Shown in pieces: positions 40,435 to 50,896 of a stretch of 64,000 nt of DNA (within the stretch, counting starts at the first letter, position 1; every line of letters starts with the position of its first letter). The notes beneath the pieces are model-generated. The model was not told the DNA's origin. It worked only from the letters and a program-made list of their open reading frames with translations, and ran no database searches. Position numbers and translations under genes: made by a program. This DNA comes from Myxococcota bacterium (GTDB lineage Bacteria; Myxococcota_A; UBA9160; UBA6930): contig OZ245015.1 in the NCBI GenBank assembly GCA_965223705.1, forward strand, positions 224,001-288,000, in the 5' to 3' direction.

Positions 40435-41640
40435 ATGGCCAATATCGAGATGTATTCGAAATCCTGGTGCCCCTACTGCGACCGAGCGAAAAGCTTGCTC
40501 AGCGCGAAAGGTCAAACCTGGACCGAGATCGACGTTGAAGATGAAGCGGGCCGACTCGAGGAAATGCTCGAGCGTTCCGGTGGGCGCCGAACCGTGCCTC
40601 AGATTTTCATCGATGGTCAGCACGTCGGCGGTTTCGACGATCTCGCGTCCCTCGAACAGGCAGGGGAGCTCGATCCTCTGCTCGGGGGCCGCGAAGGGAC
40701 GGATCAGGGTTCTCTGCACGTCAAGGTCCTGATCGTCGGCAGCGGCCCCGCCGGCTACACCGCCGCGATCTACGCGGCTCGGGCCGAGCTCGCCCCCGTG
40801 GTGCTGGCGGGGTTCCAGTTCGGTGGCCAGCTCATGCTCACCACCGAAGTGGAGAACTATCCGGGGTTCCCCGAGGCGGTGACGGGCCCCGACATGATGG
40901 ACATGTTCCAGAAGCAGGCGGAGCGCTTCGGCGCCCGCGTGTTGCTCGAGGACGCGACGCGACTCGATCTGTCCCGACGCCCGTTCCGTGTCGAGACCGC
41001 CGAGCGGCGCTTCACCGCGGACGCCCTCATTGTCGCGACCGGCGCCTCCGCCCGCTGGCTCGGCCTGCCCTCGGAGGAGCGGCTGATGAATCGCGGAGTC
41101 TCGGCGTGTGCGACCTGCGACGGCGCCCTCTACCGCGACAAGGCGATGGCGGTGGTGGGTGGCGGCGATACCGCGATGGAAGAAGCGCTGTTCTTGACAC
41201 GCTACGCGACGAAGGTCACGGTCATCCATCGACGCGACGAGCTGCGAGCCTCGAAGATCATGCAAGAGCGCGCCTTGAAGAACGAGAAGATCGAGTTTTG
41301 CTGGAACGCCGAGGTCGACGAAGTGCTCGGCGACGAGTTTGTCACCGGAGTGCGGGTCCGAGACACGAAAGACGGCGGAACGCGCGAAATTCCCATCGAA
41401 GCGCTCTTTATCGCGATCGGGCACAAACCGAATACCGATCTCGTGCGAGATCAGCTCGAAGTGGACGGTGTCGGCTACCTGAAAGTCGAGCCGGGCACGT
41501 CGCGCACCGCGATCGAAGGCGTGTTCGCGTGCGGCGACGTGATGGATCCCGTTTATCGACAGGCGATCACGGCCGCGGGAAGCGGCTGTATGGCCGCGAT
41601 CGATTCCGAGCGCTGGCTCGCGGCGCAAGGGATCGAGTGA
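40435..41640 (+). CDS. trxB: Glutaredoxin-3 / thioredoxin reductase fusion
   Basis: N-terminal CPYC, TVPQIFI, GGFDD; then GSGPAG, GGQL, CATCD, GGGDTAMEEA, HRRD, YRQAITAAG in one ORF; SD GGAGAGG. Confidence 0.9.
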   Translation: MANIEMYSKSWCPYCDRAKSLLSAKGQTWTEIDVEDEAGRLEEMLERSGGRRTVPQIFIDGQHVGGFDDLASLEQAGELDPLLGGREGTDQGSLHVKVLIVGSGPAGYTAAIYAARAELAPVVLAGFQFGGQLMLTTEVENYPGFPEAVTGPDMMDMFQKQAERFGARVLLEDATRLDLSRRPFRVETAERRFTADALIVATGASARWLGLPSEERLMNRGVSACATCDGALYRDKAMAVVGGGDTAMEEALFLTRYATKVTVIHRRDELRASKIMQERALKNEKIEFCWNAEVDEVLGDEFVTGVRVRDTKDGGTREIPIEALFIAIGHKPNTDLVRDQLEVDGVGYLKVEPGTSRTAIEGVFACGDVMDPVYRQAITAAGSGCMAAIDSERWLAAQGIE

Positions 41641-41650
41641 GCGAAGCGCC

Positions 41651-42724
41651 GTGGCTCTCTCGAAAGCGCGCCTCGAGCAGCTGATCGCGCATTGTTCCGA
41701 CGTCGTCGTGGCGACGGATCAAAAAGGCACGGTCGTCTACTACAACGACGGCGCCGAGGCGACCCTGGGCTATCGCCCCGACGAAGTGTTGGGAACGTTT
41801 GTCGGTCGGCTGTATTCGAGCACGGAAGAAGCCAAGCGCGTCATGGCGGCGATTCGCAGCGATGAGCACGGGGAACCGGGAACGGTCGACACGTTTCGCA
41901 CGCTGTTTCTGAACAAGAGCGGTGAACAAATACCCGTCGCGATCTCCGGAAGCGTCATGCTCGACGAGAACGGCGAAGAAGACGGGACCATCGGTTTCGC
42001 AAAGGATCTGCGAGAGATCTTGCATCGCGATCAGCTCGCCACCTTGGGCGAGGTGGCGGTGGGGCTCTCACACGAGATCAACAATCCCCTGGCGGTGATC
42101 GTGAACCAGGTGGAGCTACTCGAGCGAGATATCGAGCGGTTGGCCGGGGAAGCCGATGTGTCCGTCGAAACTGAACGTCTCGACGCCATGCGGCGAGAGA
42201 TCCAGCGCATCTCCGAGATTCTCGAACGCCTGGGCGAAATGGTTCAGACCGATAGCTACGAGACTGTCAACTACTTGGGTCCCGCGCGCATGATCGATCT
42301 CCGGAGCGAAGACGAGAAGCAGTTTCTCGCGGACGAACGGCTCCGCGGACTGCGCATTCTCGTGGTCGATGACGATCTTGGCATCAGTCGCTCGTTGCGG
42401 GAAGTCCTCGAGGGCGACGGTTGCGAAGTCGAAACGGCGACCGACGGACTCGAGGCGCTCGCCCATCTCGAGAAAGAATCCTTCGACGTCGTTCTCTCTG
42501 ACGTCGTCATGCCCAACATGGACGGCTACGAACTCTTTCGCACGGTGCAGCAAAATTACCCGGAGCTTCCGATGCTGATGATGACCGCGTTCCACTACGA
42601 CAAGGATCACATCATCAAGCGAAGTCGCCTCGAAGGCCTCGAGGGCGTCATCTTCAAGAAACCCGTCGATCCCGATCGGCTGCGCAGCGCCATTCTCGAT
42701 TCCGTCGAGGCGCACCGCTCCTAG
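41651..42724 (+). CDS. PAS-HisKA-receiver signalling protein without HATPase domain
   Basis: PAS (YNDGAEATLGY), SHEINNPL, REC (VVDDD, SDVVMP, MMT, KKP). Confidence 0.85.
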   Translation: MALSKARLEQLIAHCSDVVVATDQKGTVVYYNDGAEATLGYRPDEVLGTFVGRLYSSTEEAKRVMAAIRSDEHGEPGTVDTFRTLFLNKSGEQIPVAISGSVMLDENGEEDGTIGFAKDLREILHRDQLATLGEVAVGLSHEINNPLAVIVNQVELLERDIERLAGEADVSVETERLDAMRREIQRISEILERLGEMVQTDSYETVNYLGPARMIDLRSEDEKQFLADERLRGLRILVVDDDLGISRSLREVLEGDGCEVETATDGLEALAHLEKESFDVVLSDVVMPNMDGYELFRTVQQNYPELPMLMMTAFHYDKDHIIKRSRLEGLEGVIFKKPVDPDRLRSAILDSVEAHRS

Positions 42725-43389
42725 CGAAGGGGTGTGCTCGCGGCCGTAATTCCGAGCACGCAGCGCGCTCCCCCAGACCGCAACGCCCGGGCGGCGGCCT
42801 CGAGCGTCGCCCCAGTGGTCATCACATCATCGACCAGCCAAAGCACCTGAGGCACGACACCGACCGGTCGAAACGCGTCGCGGACGTTGCGCCGCCGTTC
42901 CGCTCGTCGGAGATCGGTTTGTTTCGACGTATCGAGAACGCGGCGGAGCATGCCCGGTCGGCAGGGCAAGTCGTACGCTCGACCGAGTCGGCGCGCGAGA
43001 ACCAAGGCCGGGACGAAACCGCGTTGCCGGATGCGTCTCGGATGCTGCGGTACGGGAACGACCGCGTCCGGACGATCGCGGATCGATTCGGCTGCCCGGC
43101 AAATCAACCACAGCGCGAGTCGTTCGGGGCCGGGCTCCAAACCGAGTCGAGAGCGCGGATACTTGAAGCGCCTGATCCGCTCGAGTACGAACCCCTCGTA
43201 GGAAGTGCCGGAATAGCACGCGTCGAGCTGCCGAACGTCGTTGCGGACGAGCGCTTCCGGGAGGGTCGCTGCGCACCCGGGGCAGAGCGTTCCCGAATGT
43301 TCCCGGCGGTCGCACCCGGCACAGGTTGGCGGAAACAAATCGTCGAACACGGCCCGCAACAAGCGGAACAGGTATGACTGCGCAGACAC
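42721..43389 (-). CDS. comF: ComF-family double zinc ribbon / phosphoribosyltransferase-like protein
   Basis: CAGC, CPGC, VVPVP, RGF, LVDDVMTTGATL. Confidence 0.88.
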   Translation of the reverse strand: MSAQSYLFRLLRAVFDDLFPPTCAGCDRREHSGTLCPGCAATLPEALVRNDVRQLDACYSGTSYEGFVLERIRRFKYPRSRLGLEPGPERLALWLICRAAESIRDRPDAVVPVPQHPRRIRQRGFVPALVLARRLGRAYDLPCRPGMLRRVLDTSKQTDLRRAERRRNVRDAFRPVGVVPQVLWLVDDVMTTGATLEAAARALRSGGARCVLGITAASTPLR

Positions 43390-43426
43390 GATGAGGCCTC
43401 ACGGGACCGAGGCACGTCGGACGAGG

Positions 43427-43798
43427 CTAGGCGACGTCGTCGAAATCGATGGCTGCGGCATCGCCCCATAGACGTTCGAGATCGTACTCTTCGCGCACGT
43501 CTTCTTGGAATACGTGTACGACGACGGCGTTGAAGTCGATCAAGATCCAACGTCCCTCGTCGTAGCCCTCGGCGCCGAGGCGGTTGTGCCCGAGGGCGCG
43601 GCCACGTTCGAAGATCGCGTCGGCGATGGCGCGAACATGGCGGTCCGAGGTTCCGGTAGCGATGACGAAGGCGTCGGTAAAGGACGTCAGCTCGCGCACA
43701 TCGAGCGCGACGACGGCGTTGGCTTTGCGGCCCTGCGCGACTTCGGCGAAGGCGCGCGCCGTCTGCAAGCTCTCGTCGGGGGTGGCGTGTTCAGTCAA
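43427..43798 (-). CDS. rsfS: Ribosome silencing factor
   Basis: FVIATGTSDRHV, WILIDF, VHVF, YDLERLW. Confidence 0.93.
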   Translation of the reverse strand: MTEHATPDESLQTARAFAEVAQGRKANAVVALDVRELTSFTDAFVIATGTSDRHVRAIADAIFERGRALGHNRLGAEGYDEGRWILIDFNAVVVHVFQEDVREEYDLERLWGDAAAIDFDDVA

Positions 43799-44471
43799 CG
43801 GGGGGCTCCGGCGAAGTCTTGGTGAAAGTGCGTTCGATCGCGCCGCGGATGTTTTCCGGCACGAGATAGCGAATCGAGCGACCCGCGCGAAGTCTCCGGC
43901 GCAGTTCGGTCGAGGAGACGTCGACGCCGGCGATCTCGATGACGTCGATTCGATTGCCCGAGCGGTGGCGCGCTCCGCGGCCGTCTGTGTCAAACGCGAC
44001 CGCACCGTGAAGCGCGGCAGGCATCCACGCGGCCAAGGGTTCGCGGCTCGCCGGAGGGCGAACCAACACACCGAAGTGCGCGCGTTCGAACAGGAGATCC
44101 GGTTTATGCCACGTGTCGAGCTCGCGGAATGCGTCGTGGCCGATCAGGAACACGGGCCGACCGTCGTCGTTCGCAGAGAGCTCCGCGAGCGTATCCACGG
44201 TGTACGAAGGGCCCTCTCGTTCGAGCTCGACGCGGGACAAGGCAAACCGCTTGTTCGCGGCAATCGCCTGAGCGACCCAGTCGGAGCGTTGCTCCGCCGG
44301 CGCGATCAGCTCCGCTCCCGAACCGCTCGCCTTGTGCGGTGGCGATGCGCTCGGTACGAACAATACGCGCGACAGGCCGAGTTGTTCGCACGCGTCTTCG
44401 GCGGCGCGCAGGTGTCCCAAGTGGATCGGGTTGAAGGTCCCGCCGAAGATCCCCGTGCCACCCGGGTTCAT
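43791..44471 (-). CDS. nadD: Nicotinate-nucleotide adenylyltransferase
   Basis: GGTFNPIHLGH, PPHK, SYTVDT, SST. Confidence 0.95.
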   Translation of the reverse strand: MNPGGTGIFGGTFNPIHLGHLRAAEDACEQLGLSRVLFVPSASPPHKASGSGAELIAPAEQRSDWVAQAIAANKRFALSRVELEREGPSYTVDTLAELSANDDGRPVFLIGHDAFRELDTWHKPDLLFERAHFGVLVRPPASREPLAAWMPAALHGAVAFDTDGRGARHRSGNRIDVIEIAGVDVSSTELRRRLRAGRSIRYLVPENIRGAIERTFTKTSPEPPVD

Positions 44472-45724
44472 TCGCGGAGCTGGCCCTCGCCTTCGAGCAC
44501 GAACTTTTGCGTTGTCAGGCCTTCGAGACCCATCGGGCCATACGCGTGAAGCTTCGAAGTCGACACGCCGATCTCGGCCCCGAGACCGAGCCGGAACCCG
44601 TCGGCGTAGGCGGTCGAGCAGTTCACGCCCACGGTCGAGGACTGAACGCGCCGCAAGAATGCCTGGGCGTTGTGGTAGCTCTCGGTCACGATGACCTCGG
44701 TGTGGTTCGAGCCGAAGTCGCGGATGTGCTCGATCGCGCCGTCCATGTCGTCGACGATGCGGACCGCGAGAATCTTGTCGAGGTACTCCGCGGTCCAGTC
44801 GACGTCTTCGGCGGGCAGTGCATCGCCGAAGACGCGTAGCGTGCGAGGACAGCCCCTGAGCTCGACCCCTTCTTCGCGAAGCGCTTTGAGGACTTCGGGC
44901 AGGATCGTCTCGGCGGCTTGGGCGTGTACAAGCAACGTCTCGAGTCCGTTGCACACGGACATTTGGCGCAATTTCGAATCGAGCACGATGTCGCGGGCCA
45001 TGTCGAGCTCCGCGCTCTCGTCGAGGAATACGTGGCAGATCCCGGCGTCGTGACACAGGACGGGGATGGTCGTGTTTTCCGTGACGCGCCGGATGAGCCC
45101 CGGGCCGCCGCGGGGAATGATGAGATCTACGTAGCGCGACGCCTTCAACAAGTGATCGATCGCGGCGCGGTCGGTTCTCGGCACGAGAGCCACTGCGTCT
45201 TCCGGAAGTCCGGTGTCACGAGCCGCCGCACGCAACGCATCCCCCAACGCCAAGTTCGTGCGAATCGCTTCCGAGCCGCCGCGCAAAATGCACGCGTTGC
45301 CGGCCTTGACGCAGAGCGCAGCCGCATCGACGGTCACGTTGGGTCGCGATTCGTAAATGATGCCGATCACGCCCAGCGGAATACGCATCTGCCCCACGCG
45401 CAATCCGTTCGGTCGCACGCGCATGCGGGTGATCTCGCCCACCGGGTCGGGCAGGGACGCGATTTGGCGCAGCCCCGACAGCATGTCGTCCCAGCGACTG
45501 CCCGCGAGTTCCAAGCGCGCGACCATGGGCGCGGCGATACCGCGGGCCGTCGCTTCCTCGACGTCTTTGCGGTTCTCCTCGAGGATCGCGTCGCGGGCCT
45601 CTTCGAGACGCTCGGCGGCGCGCAGAAGCCACGCGTCCTTCTCTCGCGTACGCATTGAACCGAGTTCGTCGGACGCTTTGCGCGCGCGTTTCGCGAGATC
45701 GAGAATCTGTGCTTCGAGGTTCAC
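44468..45724 (-). CDS. proA: Gamma-glutamyl phosphate reductase
   Basis: IYESRPNVT, RGGSEA, IPRGG, CNGLET, GAEIGVST, GPMGL. Confidence 0.96.
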   Translation of the reverse strand: MNLEAQILDLAKRARKASDELGSMRTREKDAWLLRAAERLEEARDAILEENRKDVEEATARGIAAPMVARLELAGSRWDDMLSGLRQIASLPDPVGEITRMRVRPNGLRVGQMRIPLGVIGIIYESRPNVTVDAAALCVKAGNACILRGGSEAIRTNLALGDALRAAARDTGLPEDAVALVPRTDRAAIDHLLKASRYVDLIIPRGGPGLIRRVTENTTIPVLCHDAGICHVFLDESAELDMARDIVLDSKLRQMSVCNGLETLLVHAQAAETILPEVLKALREEGVELRGCPRTLRVFGDALPAEDVDWTAEYLDKILAVRIVDDMDGAIEHIRDFGSNHTEVIVTESYHNAQAFLRRVQSSTVGVNCSTAYADGFRLGLGAEIGVSTSKLHAYGPMGLEGLTTQKFVLEGEGQLRE

Positions 45725-45747
45725 GGGCTATTCGCTCGCTTCTTGGT

Positions 45748-47960
<2,213 letters not shown>

Positions 47961-48215
47961 CTAGGCCTGCGGTTCGACGCTGGCAGTGACTTTGCCGCGA
48001 GAGCGGCCGTAATGGACCACACCGTCGACCAGTGCGAACAGCGTGTAGTCGCGTCCCAAGCCCACACCGCGACCGGGGCGAATTTTCGTTCCCAGCTGGC
48101 GAACGAGGATGTTGCCCGCGCGCACCTGCTGGCCGGCAAAACGCTTCACGCCGCGCCGCTGACCGTTGCTGTCGCGTCCGTTGCGAGAACTTCCCTGACC
48201 TTTTTTATGCGACAT
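47961..48215 (-). CDS. rpmA: 50S ribosomal protein L27
   Basis: [26 protein letters not shown]. Confidence 0.97.
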   Translation of the reverse strand: MSHKKGQGSSRNGRDSNGQRRGVKRFAGQQVRAGNILVRQLGTKIRPGRGVGLGRDYTLFALVDGVVHYGRSRGKVTASVEPQA

Positions 48216-48224
48216 GCTTGGCTC

Positions 48225-48536
48225 CTAACCCTCAATCGACTCGACGTGGACTTCGGTGTAGTCCTGACGATGACCCTGCTTGCGCCGGTAGTTCTTGCGC
48301 CGCTTCATCTTGAATACGGTGATCTTCGGCGAGCGGCCCTGCGCGGCGATGGTCCCGCGAACACTCGCGCCATCGACGAGAGGCGTGCCGATGCGGGCCT
48401 CACCTTCGCCACCGACCAGCAACACCTGATCGAACGTGATGGTGTCACCCACATCGCCGGCGAGCTTCTCCACCCGCACGCGACCGCCGGGGGTCACCCG
48501 TACTTGCTTCCCACCGGTTTTCACCACGGCGTACAT
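48225..48536 (-). CDS. rplU: 50S ribosomal protein L21
   Basis: MYAVVKTGGKQ, KRRKNYRRKQGHRQ. Confidence 0.97.
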   Translation of the reverse strand: MYAVVKTGGKQVRVTPGGRVRVEKLAGDVGDTITFDQVLLVGGEGEARIGTPLVDGASVRGTIAAQGRSPKITVFKMKRRKNYRRKQGHRQDYTEVHVESIEG

Positions 48537-50338
48537 CAGACTTCCTCTCGCTCGACCGGATCCGGCAGTATCGGTGATCCGGAAAGCCCGTCAACCGGCT
48601 CGGCTTCTACCTCTGAAAGCCCGTCAACCGGCTCGGCTTCTGCCTCTGAAAGCCCATCAACCGGCTCGGCCTGGGCCTGTCCCGCGCCGTTTCCGCTCGG
48701 AGGGGCCGGTGCTTCCAGAGTCGGCGCATCGGCCTCATCGGCGGCGGTCTCGATGTCGTCTCCCTCGGGGGAATCGGAGTCGTCCGCCGCACTCCCGTTG
48801 GATAGCCAGGGCACCTCGAACTCGACCGGCGGCCCGTCTTCGAGCGCCGTGACCTCGAACTGCTCTTGGTGAAGCTCGGCTCGCGCGCGGATCTCGATGG
48901 ACCGACCGAGCTCCGCTTCCAGGAGCTCGATTTCGTCCCGGCCCTGGGCGAGCAGTTCCTCAGCGACCCTACGGTTGACCGAGACCTCGACGCGGCGCCC
49001 GCAGAAGTGGCGCAGATCCTTGCGAATTTCGCGGAGGACCTTGTGTGAAATGCTTTCCGCGGAGACGACGTAACCCTTCCCGTCGCAGTACGAGCACGGC
49101 TCGCACACCGCCTGGACCAGATTCTCGCGGGTCCGCTTGCGCGTCATTTCCACGAGACCGAGCTCGGAGATCTTCAGGATGTTTGTGCGCGCCTTGTCGT
49201 GCCGCAGTGCTTCCTGCAGGGCGCGATTCACTTTCTCGCGGTTCTCCGCCGACTCCATGTCGATCAAGTCGATGATGATGAGGCCGCCGATGTTGCGGAA
49301 GCGAAGCTGGTAGACGACTTCTTTGACCGCTTCGAGATTCGTGCGCAGGACAGTCTCTTCGAGGTCCCGCTTTCCGACGTAGCGGCCGGTGTTGACGTCG
49401 ATCGCCGTCAGCGCCTCGCTCTGATCGATGATCAAGTAGCCGCCGCTCTTGAGCCACACTTTGCGGCCCAAGTTCGCATCGATCCGGGCTTCGACGTCGT
49501 AGTAATCGAAGATGGGGACCTGTCCGTCGTAACGCTCGATCTTCGGCTTTGGATCGGCGACGAAGCGCTCTACGAAGTTCTTCATCTGTTCGTGTGCGTC
49601 TTTCGAGTCGACGACGATGCGCTTCGTTTCAGAATTCGCCAGATCGCGGATCACGCGCAGCGGGAGGTCGGGCTCTGAGTAGAGAAGATCCGGAGCGCGG
49701 ACTTGATCCTTGCGGATCTGCACGTCGTCCCAGACCGCGGTCAAGTAGCGCACGTCCGCCTCGAGGTCGGCTTCCCGCGTTCCCTCACCCGCTGTGCGGA
49801 TGATGAACCCCAGATCTTTCGGTCGGATTTTCTCGACGACGTCGCGCAGACGCCGACGCTCCTTGTCCGAATCGATGCGCCGTGAGACGCCGACGCGCTG
49901 CGCCCACGGTGTCAGCACCAGGTGCCGGCCGGCGATCGAGATATGGGAGGTGATTCGCGCACCCTTCGTCCCGATGGGTTCCTTCGCCACTTGGACGAGA
50001 ATTTCCTGGCCTTCGCGGACCATGTCTTCAATGTTCGGCACCGGCTTGCGCGCCCCGTTGCGCCGCCCACGACGCCGCGAGCCGCCCCCGCCGGAGCCCA
50101 AGTGTTCGATGTCCTCGACGTAGTCCCCGGCGTACAGGAACGCCGCCTTCTCGAGTCCGATATCGACGAACGCCGCTTGCATGCCCGGCAACACACGGGA
50201 CACGCGACCGAGGACCACGTCGCCCACGACGTTGCGGTTTTTCGCCCGCTCGAGATGAAACTCGACGAACTGGTTTCGCTCGAGAATCGCCACGCGGGTC
50301 TCGCCCGCGGAAGCATTGATCAGAATTTCGTTCTGCAT
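48536..50338 (-). CDS. rng: Rne/Rng-family ribonuclease (RNase G-like) with acidic C-terminal tail
   Basis: LPGMQAAFVDIG, KEPIGTKGAR, IDVNTG, GGLIIID, CSYC zinc link. Confidence 0.93.
   Translation of the reverse strand: MQNEILINASAGETRVAILERNQFVEFHLERAKNRNVVGDVVLGRVSRVLPGMQAAFVDIGLEKAAFLYAGDYVEDIEHLGSGGGGSRRRGRRNGARKPVPNIEDMVREGQEILVQVAKEPIGTKGARITSHISIAGRHLVLTPWAQRVGVSRRIDSDKERRRLRDVVEKIRPKDLGFIIRTAGEGTREADLEADVRYLTAVWDDVQIRKDQVRAPDLLYSEPDLPLRVIRDLANSETKRIVVDSKDAHEQMKNFVERFVADPKPKIERYDGQVPIFDYYDVEARIDANLGRKVWLKSGGYLIIDQSEALTAIDVNTGRYVGKRDLEETVLRTNLEAVKEVVYQLRFRNIGGLIIIDLIDMESAENREKVNRALQEALRHDKARTNILKISELGLVEMTRKRTRENLVQAVCEPCSYCDGKGYVVSAESISHKVLREIRKDLRHFCGRRVEVSVNRRVAEELLAQGRDEIELLEAELGRSIEIRARAELHQEQFEVTALEDGPPVEFEVPWLSNGSAADDSDSPEGDDIETAADEADAPTLEAPAPPSGNGAGQAQAEPVDGLSEAEAEPVDGLSEVEAEPVDGLSGSPILPDPVEREEV
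48582..48670. repeat. 33-bp in-frame tandem repeat (~2.7 copies) in rng tail
   Basis: GAAAGCCCRTCAACCGGCTCGGCTTCTRCCTCT units at 48582, 48615, 48648 (partial); encodes AEPVDGLS three times. Confidence 0.9.
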
Positions 50339-50344
50339 ACACCG

Positions 50345-50860
50345 CCCTCAACGCGTCTCGGAGACGCGCTCGCGGCGAGCGCAGAGGTCTGCCTACACCA
50401 CCTGTCCCTGCAGGGCGCGGATCCGAGGGCCGTCAAGGCTGTTTTGGCGGGGTGTTGCAGCCGCACGAGCGCGTAGGCTCGGCGGTTGGACGCGAGAAGT
50501 TCTCGGACGCCTAAGCATGTCGGTGGGCGGACAGTTCACAGTTCGCTCGCCTGGTTCCTCGCGGTCCAGATCGACGCGTTCTCGAAGTCGGGTATCTCGG
50601 CGTAGCTCGGGCTCAACGGACTCTTGCGACTGCTCCACGGGCCCCCGCCTCGCGTTCCGACCAGTTCGCTTTCCCGTGGGCTGCTTTTCAGCCCGCCGTG
50701 GGTTTCCCAGCTCGCCGACACCCTTCGATGTCACGCGTCGGTCCTTGGCTTCCGGATTCCGCTGCCGCTGCGGCGTCGGACTGGCGGGATCGCGGCGTCG
50801 CGCCCTAGGCTTTCTGAGCGAGCGCCCTGGTCCCGCGCGGCCCTTGGAACCCGGAACGTT
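50345..50860 (-). ncRNA. Putative large structured leader RNA upstream of rng (boundaries approximate)
   Basis: ~560-nt gap without a credible gene; several nested complementary segments. Confidence 0.4.
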
Positions 50861-50896
50861 GTCATCGGACCGCCTCAAAATCGTACGAGGAGCATC

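Noticed and set aside
40435..41640. Selenoprotein, given selA in the window
   Set aside because: Both redox motifs are Cys-coded (CPYC, CATC) with no in-frame TGA.
50339..50896. RNase P RNA, tmRNA, tRNA-Sec or group II intron
   Set aside because: Minus strand has GGGAAACCCACG, but I found no GAGGAAAGTCC P4 signature, no tRNA-like CCA end, no UCA-anticodon cloverleaf and no domain V motif.
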